A stretch of DNA of 64,000 bases from Thermoplasmata archaeon (GTDB lineage: Archaea; Thermoplasmatota; Thermoplasmata; Sysuiplasmatales; Sysuiplasmataceae): positions 8,002-72,001 of the forward strand of contig JAKAVR010000001.1 in assembly GCA_021817225.1 (NCBI GenBank), in the 5' to 3' direction. The stretch's first letter is position 1; each line of letters starts with the position of its first letter. Positions 28,333 through 38,412 of the stretch are shown here, piece by piece. Below the pieces are notes generated by a model that had not been told where the DNA came from, ran no database searches, and saw nothing but the letters and a program-made list of their open reading frames with translations. The position numbers and the translations under genes were made by a program.

Positions 28333-29356
28333 AGCAGAGTCCCTCGAGAACTTCAGCGCTGTCCAGCCTTTGCCCGATGTCAACGTCGAAAGCATCCTCG
28401 ACCGGTTTCAGCAGTTCAGGATTCTGCTCAAGCGTCTTCCTCGCAGTCTCGACAATCTTCATCAGGCCCGTCGTTGTCATTCTGCCCAGAGGCCTTCTGC
28501 ATCCTCCCGACGGCATCCCGAAGAGGCTCATGATCGTCTTCACAGGCAGTGGATTCCTGAACCTCAGCAGCGTCTGCCCGTATCTGCACTGATGAGTGGT
28601 CTTGACCGTCACAAGATCGAACCAGGGTGAGAGAATCGGTGCAAGACTCTCCGCCCTTTCCCTGTCCCCGGACCTTATTGCGCCAACCATCTCTGAGACA
28701 TGTCTCGGGAAGACGTTTGACATGACTGAAATGACGCCGTTGGCAGATATCTCTCTGTCCGTCATGACTTCGTGGGTCAATGAATCGTCTCCTGACATTA
28801 TGGAATAATCTTCCCCGCAGAGTCTCCTCGTGAGCTTCATGTTTTCAATATCTCCGGTGGCTTCTTTCACCGTGTCCACCTGGGCATATTCGTCGTGCAG
28901 AATGGCGAGATCCTGCGGAAGAAGGTGTGTCCCTGTCCTTCCTGGAATCACATAGGGGACCAGGTTTGTCCCCGGAACCGCCCTGGCGATAGGCTCGATA
29001 TATTCCTTTCTGATTTCCATTGAACTCGGGCCATTGTAGTACGGTTCAACAAGGAGTATCGAACTGTAGCCGAGCTCCGAAGCGAGCTTGCTCGCCTCAA
29101 GCGCTTCATCGAAGTTGTTCTTGCCGCAGCTTGCCATTGCGCCGACATGGCCATTGCAGACATCACGGAAGGCAGGAAGCAGTTTCACATACTCATCATG
29201 GCTGAGAGCGGGTGTCTCTCCCGTGGTGCCTGCAACAAGCAGGCCGTCAATTCCATTCTCAATCTGGTAGCTGACCAGCCTTTCCATTCCTTCGGCATCC
29301 ACCGAACCGTCTTTGCGAAATGGGGTGATCATTGCAGTGTAAGTCCCAGCGAGCAT
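28319..29356 (-). CDS. dapA: 4-hydroxy-tetrahydrodipicolinate synthase
   Basis: 'AMITPF...GIDGLLVAGTTGETPALS', 'NPLPVKTIMSLFGM'. Overlaps dapB by 14 nt. About 45-aa C-terminal extension. Confidence 0.85.
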   Translation of the reverse strand: MLAGTYTAMITPFRKDGSVDAEGMERLVSYQIENGIDGLLVAGTTGETPALSHDEYVKLLPAFRDVCNGHVGAMASCGKNNFDEALEASKLASELGYSSILLVEPYYNGPSSMEIRKEYIEPIARAVPGTNLVPYVIPGRTGTHLLPQDLAILHDEYAQVDTVKEATGDIENMKLTRRLCGEDYSIMSGDDSLTHEVMTDREISANGVISVMSNVFPRHVSEMVGAIRSGDRERAESLAPILSPWFDLVTVKTTHQCRYGQTLLRFRNPLPVKTIMSLFGMPSGGCRRPLGRMTTTGLMKIVETARKTLEQNPELLKPVEDAFDVDIGQRLDSAEVLEGLCYEEN

Positions 29357-29384
29357 TGTATCGGCCCGTGTAGAAAGACCGCCT

Positions 29385-29392
29385 ATTTAAAT
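29385..29392 (-). promoter_or_regulatory. TATA-like box of the dapA-dapB-lysA-dapL operon (near-leaderless)
   Basis: Minus-strand 'TTTAAATA' ending about 29 bp upstream of the dapA ATG (29356). Confidence 0.4.
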
Positions 29393-29451
29393 GGTTGCTA
29401 TTTCGATACTCGAATTACGAAATTCGTTATAATGTCCGTAACCGCGCCCGG

Positions 29452-29667
29452 TTACTCGTCCCGCTTTCCAGCCGAAAGAGCCTGCAGACACCTTGGACAA
29501 ATGCAGTCATCGGCCATTGTGGACAATCTCTCAAGCGATTCCACTGGCACTTTCACGGATGAGCACCAGCACTTCCTGGCTGAAAGAAAGCCTTCGCATA
29601 TGAACTCCGAACCGCATAGCCCGCATCTGAGGTTTCTTGCCAACGGTATTGCAATGCACGCCGCCAT
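29452..29667 (-). CDS. possible small Cys-rich (zinc-ribbon-like) protein
   Basis: 71 aa with CxxC ... CxCxxC spacing in the only sizeable gap of this region. Weak. Confidence 0.2.
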   Translation of the reverse strand: MAACIAIPLARNLRCGLCGSEFICEGFLSARKCWCSSVKVPVESLERLSTMADDCICPRCLQALSAGKRDE

Positions 29668-29700
29668 AATCAGCCTGTTGCCTGCGTGCCGCCACTCCCT

Positions 29701-31680
29701 TCAGGCAACCCTGTTTCTCATTTCTTCGAAGAACCTGAGGGAAGCAGGGTTTGAGACTGAGCCAAGGTTGACAACCTTCTCAACAGGCTGGCCGGAGAGA
29801 ATTCTTTTCACCGGCACTTCCAGTTTCTTCCCGTTGAGCGTCCTTGGAACCTCAGTTATCTGTATTATCTCGTCAGGCACATGCCGTGGAGAAAGCTCTT
29901 TTCTTATCCTATCCCTGATCCTTTTCTTCAGCTCTTCGTCCAGCTTTATTCCAGCGCGAAGCACAACGAAAAGGGGGAGGAAATACTCACCTTCCTTCTT
30001 CTCCAGCCCGATGGCGAGGCTGTCCTGGATTTCGGGCATGGCCTCCACGCATCCGTATACTTCGCTTGTCCCTATCCTAACTCCGTGTCTCTTCAGTGTG
30101 GAATCCGATCTGCCGTATATCACCGCCCCGCCGGCAGGTCTGATCTTTACCCAGTCCCCGTGCCTCCAGACGCCTTCGAACATGCTGAAATAGCTCTCCA
30201 GGTAGCGCTCGTCATTCTTATCGTTCCAGAAGAAGACAGGCATGGACGGGAGCGGTTTTGTAATCACAAGCTCGCCTACCTGGTCAACGAGTGGCCTGCC
30301 ATCGTCCCCGTATGACTCAACGCTCGCCCCCAGGCCCCTGCACTGCAGTTCTCCAGCCCTCACCGGCAGAAGAGGACAGCCGAGAAGGAACGCAGTGCAC
30401 ACATCCGTCCCGCCGCTTACGCTTGTCACCCACATATATGGTCCAACGTTCTCGTATATCCACTGGAATCCGGACGGGGACAGTGGGCTGCCAGTGTAGG
30501 CTACAGACCTGAGCGATGAGAGGTCAAACTCCTCTCGCGGGACGATATGCTCCTTCATGCACGCCCCTATAAACGCGGCACTTGTCCCGAATACCGTCAT
30601 ACGTGTTTCTTCCGCCAGCTTCCACAGTACACCGATATCGGGATAGGCTGCGCTTCCGTCGTAGAGTATGCTCGTTGAGCCGGCGAGCATGGCACTGACA
30701 AGAACATTCCACATCATCCAGCTTGTTGTTGTGAACCAGAAGAATCTGTCTCCTTCCTTCAGGTCCGTATGCAGGATCATCATTTTCAGATGCTCCAGAA
30801 GTATTCCGCCGTGCCCGTGGACTATTGGCTTCGGCAGACCTGTCGTTCCAGAAGAATACAGTATCCAGAGGGGATGCTCGAAGGGGACACGTTCAAACAG
30901 CATATCATGACTGCCTGATGTGCAATCATCCCAGGAAACGGAGGAATCCATCTTCGCATTGCGATCGAGGTAAGGAACGAGAACGAGTCGCTTTATGCTC
31001 TTTATCGACGACATAACCTCTGAAATTGTGTCCCTCCTGTCGTAGTTCCTGCCCCCGTATGTGTAACCGTCGACTGCGATCAGGAGTTTCGGCTCTATCT
31101 GTTCGAATCTGTCGATAACACTCCTGCTCCCCAGATCAGGAGAGCATCCAGACCACACGGCTCCAAGGCTGGCGGCAGCCAGAAATGATATGACAGCCTC
31201 AGGAATATTTGGCAGGTAGCCTGCAACCCTGTCCCCCTTTCCGATGCCGATTGATTTCATGTAATGTGCCATCGCAGCGACCCTCTGCCTGAGCTCATCC
31301 CATGAGACTTCTGCGGTGCCTCCTCTTTCCCCTTTTGCAATCATTGCGGGTCGCTGCCTGCTCCCTCTCCTGAAGAGGTTCTCGGCATAGTTCAGCGTGA
31401 TGCCTTTGAACCACCCCCTGGATGGCATTTTTCTGGAAGCAAGCACATCTGATGCCTTGCCAGAATGAACAACATCCGTATATTCCAACAAATAAAGCCA
31501 GAAGTCTTCCAGCCGCAATGTTGACCATTCCCAGAGAGAACCGTAATCCGGAAAGTGCAGGTTCTTTTTTTCCGACAGCCATTCCATGAATGCCTTCATG
31601 TTCGAACTGCTGGTGAAATGTTCATCCGGGCTCCAGAGAAGCGTTCCTTCCTCGACTGCGGGCATGCCCTTTTCGGACAT
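29701..31680 (-). CDS. acetoacetyl-CoA synthetase-like AMP-forming acyl-CoA ligase
   Basis: N-terminus 'NMKAFMEWLSEKKNLHFPDYGSLWEWSTLRLEDFW' is AACS-like. AMP-binding 'YSSGTTGLPKPIVH'. ORF open to 31755. Confidence 0.7.
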   Translation of the reverse strand: MSEKGMPAVEEGTLLWSPDEHFTSSSNMKAFMEWLSEKKNLHFPDYGSLWEWSTLRLEDFWLYLLEYTDVVHSGKASDVLASRKMPSRGWFKGITLNYAENLFRRGSRQRPAMIAKGERGGTAEVSWDELRQRVAAMAHYMKSIGIGKGDRVAGYLPNIPEAVISFLAAASLGAVWSGCSPDLGSRSVIDRFEQIEPKLLIAVDGYTYGGRNYDRRDTISEVMSSIKSIKRLVLVPYLDRNAKMDSSVSWDDCTSGSHDMLFERVPFEHPLWILYSSGTTGLPKPIVHGHGGILLEHLKMMILHTDLKEGDRFFWFTTTSWMMWNVLVSAMLAGSTSILYDGSAAYPDIGVLWKLAEETRMTVFGTSAAFIGACMKEHIVPREEFDLSSLRSVAYTGSPLSPSGFQWIYENVGPYMWVTSVSGGTDVCTAFLLGCPLLPVRAGELQCRGLGASVESYGDDGRPLVDQVGELVITKPLPSMPVFFWNDKNDERYLESYFSMFEGVWRHGDWVKIRPAGGAVIYGRSDSTLKRHGVRIGTSEVYGCVEAMPEIQDSLAIGLEKKEGEYFLPLFVVLRAGIKLDEELKKRIRDRIRKELSPRHVPDEIIQITEVPRTLNGKKLEVPVKRILSGQPVEKVVNLGSVSNPASLRFFEEMRNRVA

Positions 31681-31806
31681 CCTCCAAAATATAGGGAGAT
31701 CTTTAGTTAAGCTTTGCCAGTCCTGTGTGGACCGCAGCCGTGGGCGGCACTTCAATCCAGCATCTCTCCTTGTTGCGGCACTCTCCTGCAGTTGAACCGG
31801 CTATTC

Positions 31807-33093
31807 TCAGACCATGCCTTCCAGCAGCGCCGCAACCCCGAGCAGGCCACCGGCGACCACAAGGCAGGAGGCGGTCCAGAATACCGTCATCTGGGCGCGC
31901 GAGTAGGACGTCCCTCTCATAAGCTTGCGATCTGACACCGCCCTTCCCAGGAAGTAGATTGAAGGTATCACCACTATCGTGTAGATGACCATCAGGTTCA
32001 GAAGGAGCTGTATGTAGTCTGCTACAAGCATGACCACGAACAGCGCAGGTATGCTTTCAGTCAGGTAAAGAGTCACAAATGAAGACTGCGATTTGAGTCC
32101 AAGTCCATCCAGAACACCCCATGCCGAGCCCAGGGAGACAACGACAAGTGAAAGGAATCCCGCAGCAACAAAACCGATTCCCATCAGGAGCGGGGCAGCT
32201 TCACCAAGAGCAGCTATTGCGCTTGATATTCCCGAGACCGAAATGAAACCGCCGGCCGATGCAATTCTTGTTCCGTCGATTACAATTATGCTCATCATGA
32301 TTTCCGATACAAGCGCACCCAGGAGTGTTTCCGTCCTTATGCTTCCAACGTGCTCGGTGCCAAGGTTCTTCCTTGAAGTGGCGCCTGACTGAAAGTAAAG
32401 CATCCATGGCATGATGACTGCACCTATGCTCGCCGCCATGAGGTAGGAGAATCCCGACTCGGTATAGGGCTGCAACGGACTAAGTCCCGTAGATACAAAC
32501 CTGGGAATATCGATTGGAAAGACAAGTCCCGAGGCAACTATGGCGCCAAGAAGTACAAAACTAACTGGAATCAGGACAACTTCCGCTTCCCTGTACTGCC
32601 TGCCAATGACTACAAATGCATGCAGTGCAAAGACGGCCAGCAGGCCTGGAATCACAGGCAAATGAAGCAGGGTGAACCCGATGGCTATGCCGGCGAATTC
32701 TGCAACGTATTCAAGGAAGTCTGACACCGCCATGGGTATAGAGGCTACGGCAGCCACTCTCTTTCCGTGTTTGTTCAGTATTGCTTTGCCAAGGCCCATG
32801 CCGCCCGCGGCTCCCAGCCGGCCCGCCGCGTCCTGGATGAGGAAGAGAGGGACTGTCAGGACGAGCATTACGAAGACCATCCGGTACCCCCAGGACGAGC
32901 CGGACTGGAGGCCCGTTATTATTGAGGCTACATCTACATCTGCTATCATCACAAGCCACGCCGGACCGAAGACGCGCAGCAGCGCTGACATTCTTCCCAA
33001 TGCTGAAGCTCCATGGCCCGCTGGTTTCACCCGGAAGGATTTCAGTGGCAGATCCTGCAATTTTCCTGCGGGCGCATGGGAATATGACCCCAT
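31807..33093 (-). CDS. NRAMP-family divalent metal transporter (MntH-like)
   Basis: 'GPAWLVMIADVDVASI' region and 11-12 TM helices. Confidence 0.55.
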   Translation of the reverse strand: MGSYSHAPAGKLQDLPLKSFRVKPAGHGASALGRMSALLRVFGPAWLVMIADVDVASIITGLQSGSSWGYRMVFVMLVLTVPLFLIQDAAGRLGAAGGMGLGKAILNKHGKRVAAVASIPMAVSDFLEYVAEFAGIAIGFTLLHLPVIPGLLAVFALHAFVVIGRQYREAEVVLIPVSFVLLGAIVASGLVFPIDIPRFVSTGLSPLQPYTESGFSYLMAASIGAVIMPWMLYFQSGATSRKNLGTEHVGSIRTETLLGALVSEIMMSIIVIDGTRIASAGGFISVSGISSAIAALGEAAPLLMGIGFVAAGFLSLVVVSLGSAWGVLDGLGLKSQSSFVTLYLTESIPALFVVMLVADYIQLLLNLMVIYTIVVIPSIYFLGRAVSDRKLMRGTSYSRAQMTVFWTASCLVVAGGLLGVAALLEGMV

Positions 33094-33337
33094 CCATGTA
33101 TCAATACGTTTTGCAATTACGGCTTACGCTCGCTTCCAGCGAAACAAGCTGCCATTTTCATCTTCGGGTAGCGCAGACCGCTGCATCCATGGTGCTTTCC
33201 CGGCGGAACCACCAGAAGGGGGCAGCCTTCTGTTCGGCTGCGGGACGGGCACCATCGGTCTTGGCATGAGCGGCTCGGGTCCAGGGGTTGAAGGGCTGAA
33301 GTCTCCAGGACCTTCCAGTATTGTCGTGGCCACAGCA

Positions 33338-34231
33338 TCACTCCTCCTGCGCCTGGCTGGGGACTGCATTCAATTCAATGTACCTGCCGCCTCTGAGTAT
33401 GCCGAGCATCACTTCCTTTCCGACGGCATCCTCTGCCAGAAGGTTGGAGATTCCAAATTCTCGCGATGCGTTCCTGCCGCCGACTGTCAGCAGAATATCC
33501 CCTGGAATTAGGCCAGCCACCTCTGCCGGGCTGCCTTTCTCCACCGACATTATAAGCAGGCCGTTTCTACCCTGCTTCATGCTTTCGGGAAGCCTGACAT
33601 AGCTGAGGCCAACTCCAAGATATGGCCTTCCTGGCGTCTTGCCTGTCAGGATGCCGTCCACCCTGCGTGCAATCCTGTTGACCGGGACTGCAATTCCTCT
33701 TGAGGAGACAAGAGCAACATTCATACCGACAATCTGGCCGGAAGCGTTTACGAGCGGACCCCCGGAGTAACCAGGACCGACCCTGGCATCGGTGACAATT
33801 GCCTCATCCAGCGAAAAGTTCCACCAGCCTCCCACTCTTTTCCTGACGCCCGTTATTATTCCGGACGTCGCTCCGACTCCACCATCGTACGGGTTTGCCA
33901 GCGCCAGCACAAACTGTCCGACCCGCAGGCGGTCTGAATCGCCCCTCCTGATTGGAGTGAGGTGTTCCGAGCACTCTATCAGGGCTATGTCCGAGGCAGT
34001 GTCGTGCCCTTTCACAATGCCCGAAAACTGTCTTCCTTCGACAGATATGTCGACTTCGTCATAATCCTCTACAACGTGGTATGCAGTGACCGCATGTCTT
34101 TCATCCCAGGCAATTCCTGTCCCTGCATTTCCCGGCCCACGCACAGAGAGGACAGATGGGCTGGCTTCCACCGCAACTCTTTCTATGTCATCCGAAAAGG
34201 TCTGTAGTGTAAACAATGTCTCGCTGCTCAC
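33338..34231 (-). CDS. HtrA/DegP-family trypsin-like serine protease with PDZ domain
   Basis: Catalytic blocks 'AVTAYHVV', 'DIALI', 'GYSGGPLVN', and C-terminal PDZ 'GSPAEVAGLIPGDILLTV'. Confidence 0.8.
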   Translation of the reverse strand: MSSETLFTLQTFSDDIERVAVEASPSVLSVRGPGNAGTGIAWDERHAVTAYHVVEDYDEVDISVEGRQFSGIVKGHDTASDIALIECSEHLTPIRRGDSDRLRVGQFVLALANPYDGGVGATSGIITGVRKRVGGWWNFSLDEAIVTDARVGPGYSGGPLVNASGQIVGMNVALVSSRGIAVPVNRIARRVDGILTGKTPGRPYLGVGLSYVRLPESMKQGRNGLLIMSVEKGSPAEVAGLIPGDILLTVGGRNASREFGISNLLAEDAVGKEVMLGILRGGRYIELNAVPSQAQEE

Positions 34232-34299
34232 TTGATTTCACCGCAGACGGATAAGCGGTGTGGATACTTGTTGACGGAGATTCGGATAATGCAATCACG

Positions 34300-34917
34300 T
34301 CAATTCTCGAAAACGCCCGGGCCGCCGGAATGATAGTTTTGGAGTCTGTGATGTCCCTGATCGTATAGCCTGGAGATGTACCCGACAAGCTGGTGGGAAG
34401 CTGCCACCGCCTCCGAAAGGCCCTCGCCCTCCAGGATTCTGCCCTCTATTACAAGTTCCTCCTGGCTGAAAATGGCATCCACCTGGATCCTGCCGCCCTC
34501 TGTTATCCATTTAAGCGTGGTCCCATTCCCGTCCCCCGAGTAGCCAAGCCATCTCAGGGGGCCAAACCATCGTCCCATGAGGCCGGACACCACTCGCCCG
34601 TTCTGATAGTCGGGGAGCAGCGTGCGGAGGAGAACAATCCCTGTCCTGTGCTGGCCCATCTGCCTCGCGCCTGACAGGTCACGGCCACGCTCCGTAACTA
34701 TGTAGCCGTGCTCTGTCTTGGTGAGGACACCCTGATCCTCCAGCCTGGCGAGTATTCTGGAAAGTGTTTCGGAATGTGTTCCGAGTTTCCTTTTCAGGCC
34801 TTCGAATGTGAAACCGTGCAGATCCTCCTCTCCTATGACGCGCATCACTGAGGAATCCCTGTCGGCAGGAGCATATGAGCCCTCTGCCTTCCCTTCGTCA
34901 TGGAAAGGTTCCATTGT
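34300..34917 (-). CDS. winged-helix transcriptional regulator-like protein with uncharacterised C-terminal domain
   Basis: 'LKRKLGTHSETLSRILARLEDQGVL' HTH region. Start taken at 'MEPFHDEG'. Confidence 0.4.
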   Translation of the reverse strand, partial: TMEPFHDEGKAEGSYAPADRDSSVMRVIGEEDLHGFTFEGLKRKLGTHSETLSRILARLEDQGVLTKTEHGYIVTERGRDLSGARQMGQHRTGIVLLRTLLPDYQNGRVVSGLMGRWFGPLRWLGYSGDGNGTTLKWITEGGRIQVDAIFSQEELVIEGRILEGEGLSEAVAASHQLVGYISRLYDQGHHRLQNYHSGGPGVFEN

Positions 34918-35043
34918 CAATCCGTACTCCCCCCATATTACAACTATCGGGGATAAAACCCTTGGTAAACAACATGACTCCCTTCGTGCCCCTGGCAACG
35001 GAGACCCTGCCCAGCACAGGCACAATAGTCAAATTCTCCTTCA

Positions 35044-35607
35044 TCAGTGATGGAACGGCGTGTGCATTAGTTTCCTTTCACGATACATGCTCTTGTTCAT
35101 AATCAACGAGCGCACCCTGTAGTACAGAGCGGTCACATATACAGCTCCCGCAACAGCTCCAACTCCACCTATGAACAGCAACACCTTCACCAGAAGTCCA
35201 GGTATCCACGATATAAGGAATCCGAGCGACAGCGGCACCACGTCACCGAAGTGCGTGAAGTCGAATGGAAACACAGTAAAGAACCAGAAACAGAACAAAG
35301 CAGCGAGTATGTATCCGGAGACATCAAGAGGTCTTATTTCGTTGCGCTTTCCAAGCACTGCTCTTGCGGTGCCTGTCGCAATTCCGAATGAAATCGAAGC
35401 ATAGAACAGGGCCATCTCGAAAGGACCGAATCCGGCCGTGAAGAATCCTGTATTCCAGACCTGGTGCGCAACGAAGAAGAAGACGGTCAGCACGGTGACA
35501 ACGATACCTGCAACTTCCCCCGTGCGCTCCGAAAGTTTCATTTCGTCCCTGAGGACAGCCGTCCTTGCCGTCCTTCCCAACCAGCCCAGCTCACTTGATT
35601 CATACAA
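35044..35607 (-). CDS. membrane protein (5-6 TM)
   Basis: Hydrophobic, 187 aa. Confidence 0.45.
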   Translation of the reverse strand: MYESSELGWLGRTARTAVLRDEMKLSERTGEVAGIVVTVLTVFFFVAHQVWNTGFFTAGFGPFEMALFYASISFGIATGTARAVLGKRNEIRPLDVSGYILAALFCFWFFTVFPFDFTHFGDVVPLSLGFLISWIPGLLVKVLLFIGGVGAVAGAVYVTALYYRVRSLIMNKSMYRERKLMHTPFHH

Positions 35608-36060
35608 TGAAGGCGTAGCCAGTCACCACTCTGTGTAGCAAGCCCACAAGTTGATACATAAGCATAGCCTGTGTAGAATCAGCATAGATTTTACACAGTC
35701 AGGGATGATTGTTTCTTGAATTCTCCTTGCCAAACAACATTGCCGTTACGGGTGAAATGAAATCTGCAATTGCGGTTCCCGAAAGGGTATCAGACAGTGT
35801 ACCGATTCTGCTGTAATTTGCTGATACTGTACATCCATTCTGATTCACTCCTGATGATTCAAGAGTGAAAGTACAGGGTCTATTCAAAATTACAGCAAAA
35901 TGTGTACACGTCCCAGAAGGCATTCGGCGAACTCAGGAAGCTCGACCTGTCGGATGTCAAAACTTTCCAACTGCCGTAAACAGTAATACTGCCCGCAATG
36001 ACCCGGCAGCCGTTGCATTGTGGAGGCATACTGTTTTATCCATGGTTTTGATAATTTGCC

Positions 36061-37035
36061 ATGATGAAATTCGGCATACTTGGTCTTGGAAATCATGCGA
36101 AAAGCAGAGTGATGCCCGCAATTGCCAAGGCGGGGCATGAGATTAGCGCGATCTACAGCAGGAAAATAGAAAAGGCAAGGGAAGAAGGCTCGAAGTATTC
36201 CTCCAGGGCATACGACAGTCTTGAAGGGTTCATGAAGTCGGGAATAGATGCGGTGTACATTGCTTCTCCCAACTTCCTGCACTATGAACAGGCTAGGCAA
36301 TCCCTTCTGAACGGCAAACACGTGCTGCTTGAGAAGCAGATGACTCTTCGGAACGACCATGCATCAGAGCTTGTCAGGCTTGCGGCCGATAAGGGATTGG
36401 CTCTTGCGGTTGGTTTCCACCTGCGTTTTCATCCGGCCATCGGACAGGTCAGGAAGATGATTCAGGAGGGAAGACTGGGTGAGTTGACGTACATCTCTGG
36501 AATATGGGCCAGCTACTCCTCCAGGAACTACGACAATCCCGACAACAAGTGGTGGATGGAAGACGAGCAGGCAGGCGGTGGCTCGGTCATGGGGACGGGT
36601 GTGCATGTCATGGACACAATCAATTACATTGCAGGAGAAGCACCGCAGTCGGTGAACTGTTTCAAGATCCCGCGCGGAGCGGTAATCGATACCACCGAAC
36701 AGGTGAGCATACAGTATCCCTCGGTGGTGGCAAGCGCTGTATCATCACGCAGAATAAGAAACTCGGAAAACAGTCTCGTTGTCTGCGGGACAGGCGGAAC
36801 AGTTACCGTCAGGGGCATGTTCTCAACCGATGTCAATTCAAAGCTCCTGCTCGGCGCCGAGCCGATGGAGCAATTCAGCGGTCTGAACATGTATGAGGAG
36901 GAAGTGAAAGCTTTCAATGACCTGGTCCGGGGGCACAGCGGTGTTATAGCCACGGGCTCCGACGGCGAGCTTGTCGTCAGAATGGTCAATGCCGCCACTG
37001 CCGCCGAGAAGGAAGGAAGAAGCGTGAAACTTTAG
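36061..37035 (+). CDS. Gfo/Idh/MocA-family NAD(P)-dependent oxidoreductase
   Basis: 'KFGILGLGNHAKSRVMPA' Rossmann N-terminus. Confidence 0.8.
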   Translation: MMKFGILGLGNHAKSRVMPAIAKAGHEISAIYSRKIEKAREEGSKYSSRAYDSLEGFMKSGIDAVYIASPNFLHYEQARQSLLNGKHVLLEKQMTLRNDHASELVRLAADKGLALAVGFHLRFHPAIGQVRKMIQEGRLGELTYISGIWASYSSRNYDNPDNKWWMEDEQAGGGSVMGTGVHVMDTINYIAGEAPQSVNCFKIPRGAVIDTTEQVSIQYPSVVASAVSSRRIRNSENSLVVCGTGGTVTVRGMFSTDVNSKLLLGAEPMEQFSGLNMYEEEVKAFNDLVRGHSGVIATGSDGELVVRMVNAATAAEKEGRSVKL

Positions 37036-37085
37036 TCCCTGCGGCCCCAGCATGAACGCCTGCGGGTGCATCCAGGCAGGGATGC

Positions 37086-37367
37086 TCAGACGTTGTAAAT
37101 TCTGTGATAGGGTCTTCCCGTCAGCATGTGTGAGCCACCCGACTTTGCACCGCTGAACTCCCTGGACTTGATGAACGATTCAAAGGAATCCCTGTCCTTC
37201 CATTCGGAGTAAATGAGATAGCTGCCCGCTTTATCGACTCTCTTGTAAAGCAGAGCTGACACAAAACCGTTCATCTTCTTTATTTCGTCTACGACGACCT
37301 CAAAGAATTTTTCGAAATCGCTTTCTCTGCCGGGAACAACGTCATAATACAAACCGACCGTCAGCAT
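37086..37367 (-). CDS. ABM (antibiotic biosynthesis monooxygenase)-fold protein
   Basis: 93 aa, 'YSEWKDRDSFESFIKSREF' ABM pattern. Confidence 0.55.
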   Translation of the reverse strand: MLTVGLYYDVVPGRESDFEKFFEVVVDEIKKMNGFVSALLYKRVDKAGSYLIYSEWKDRDSFESFIKSREFSGAKSGGSHMLTGRPYHRIYNV

Positions 37368-37674
37368 GGATTCGCCGTGTGACTGAAGACGGAACTTGTA
37401 TTTTAGCAGGTGTGATGTCTCAAACGACGTAGAGGCGCTCAGGCAGGTGTCAAGTATCGTGACGCCAAATCGGCGGGAATGGCACTGTTTTCCAACGGGG
37501 CAATGGAATTCAAATCCCCGTGCGCATGGCTGAAGGAAATGACGGGACCGCTTCCCGAGACTCCGGGGAAGGGAATTCTTGCAGATTCACGATCATCCCT
37601 TCAAGGCACACGGGAGGGCTGCGGCTCTGCTCTGTCCGCTTCGCTTGTTTGTGGCAAAAGATACGTTTGAATAA

Positions 37675-38412
37675 GTGAAGCTTTTAGAGCCAGATTGTTC
37701 GGGAACAGAAGTGATGCCTGTGGACGGAAATGCTAAGGAAGGTTCATTTGTCCAGTTCGCGGTATTCAAGCTTGATTCGAAATGGCACGTGCTTGGTCTG
37801 GACGAGAGGAGAAAGGGCGTGGCTGCCTTTCTTGATTCCCTTGATGGAAGGCATGTACACACGCACATCTACCTGCTCTCCGGCCTGAAGGCGTCGTCGG
37901 ATATACTTCTATGGAAGATCGCAAAGAATATGGAGGACCTCCAGGACAGTCATATCGCAATGAAGCGGACAGTTTTCGGCTCGCATCTTTCAGACGTGGC
38001 GATATACACCGGTGTCACAAAACCCTCCACATATACAAGGACCGAGAGCGAGCTAGAATTCCTTGCCTCTGCAGAGAAGAGGAAGAAATACATCTCATTT
38101 TACCCATTCACGAAAACGGTCGAATGGTATCTCCTGGCATATGAGAAGCGGAGGAAGATAATGTCAGACCACATCGCTATAGGCAAGAAGTTTCCAGAAG
38201 TGTCACAGGTGCTGCTTTACTCTTTCGGTGCGGACGACCAGGAATTTGTTGTTGCCTACGAGATGGACGACATGAAGCAATACATAGACTGTGTCATGGC
38301 GCTCAGGGAGAGCGAAAGCAGGCTTTACACTAAAACCGACACACCTGTATTCACAGGTGTAAGAAAGAGGCCGGAGGAGCTTCTCTCTCTGTTTGGTGGT
38401 ATCAACGAATGA
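37675..38412 (+). CDS. chdC: chlorite-dismutase-family protein, likely coproheme decarboxylase (HemQ/ChdC)
   Basis: Cld/HemQ-like length and blocks ('FYPFTKTVEWYLL', 'SDHIAIGKKF'). Sits directly upstream of and overlapping hemE. Confidence 0.6.
   Translation: MKLLEPDCSGTEVMPVDGNAKEGSFVQFAVFKLDSKWHVLGLDERRKGVAAFLDSLDGRHVHTHIYLLSGLKASSDILLWKIAKNMEDLQDSHIAMKRTVFGSHLSDVAIYTGVTKPSTYTRTESELEFLASAEKRKKYISFYPFTKTVEWYLLAYEKRRKIMSDHIAIGKKFPEVSQVLLYSFGADDQEFVVAYEMDDMKQYIDCVMALRESESRLYTKTDTPVFTGVRKRPEELLSLFGGINE

Noticed and set aside
29147-30193. 348-aa plus-strand ORF
   Set aside because: Antisense to dapA and acetoacetyl-CoA synthetase, both with strong homology. Ser/Pro-rich low-complexity translation.
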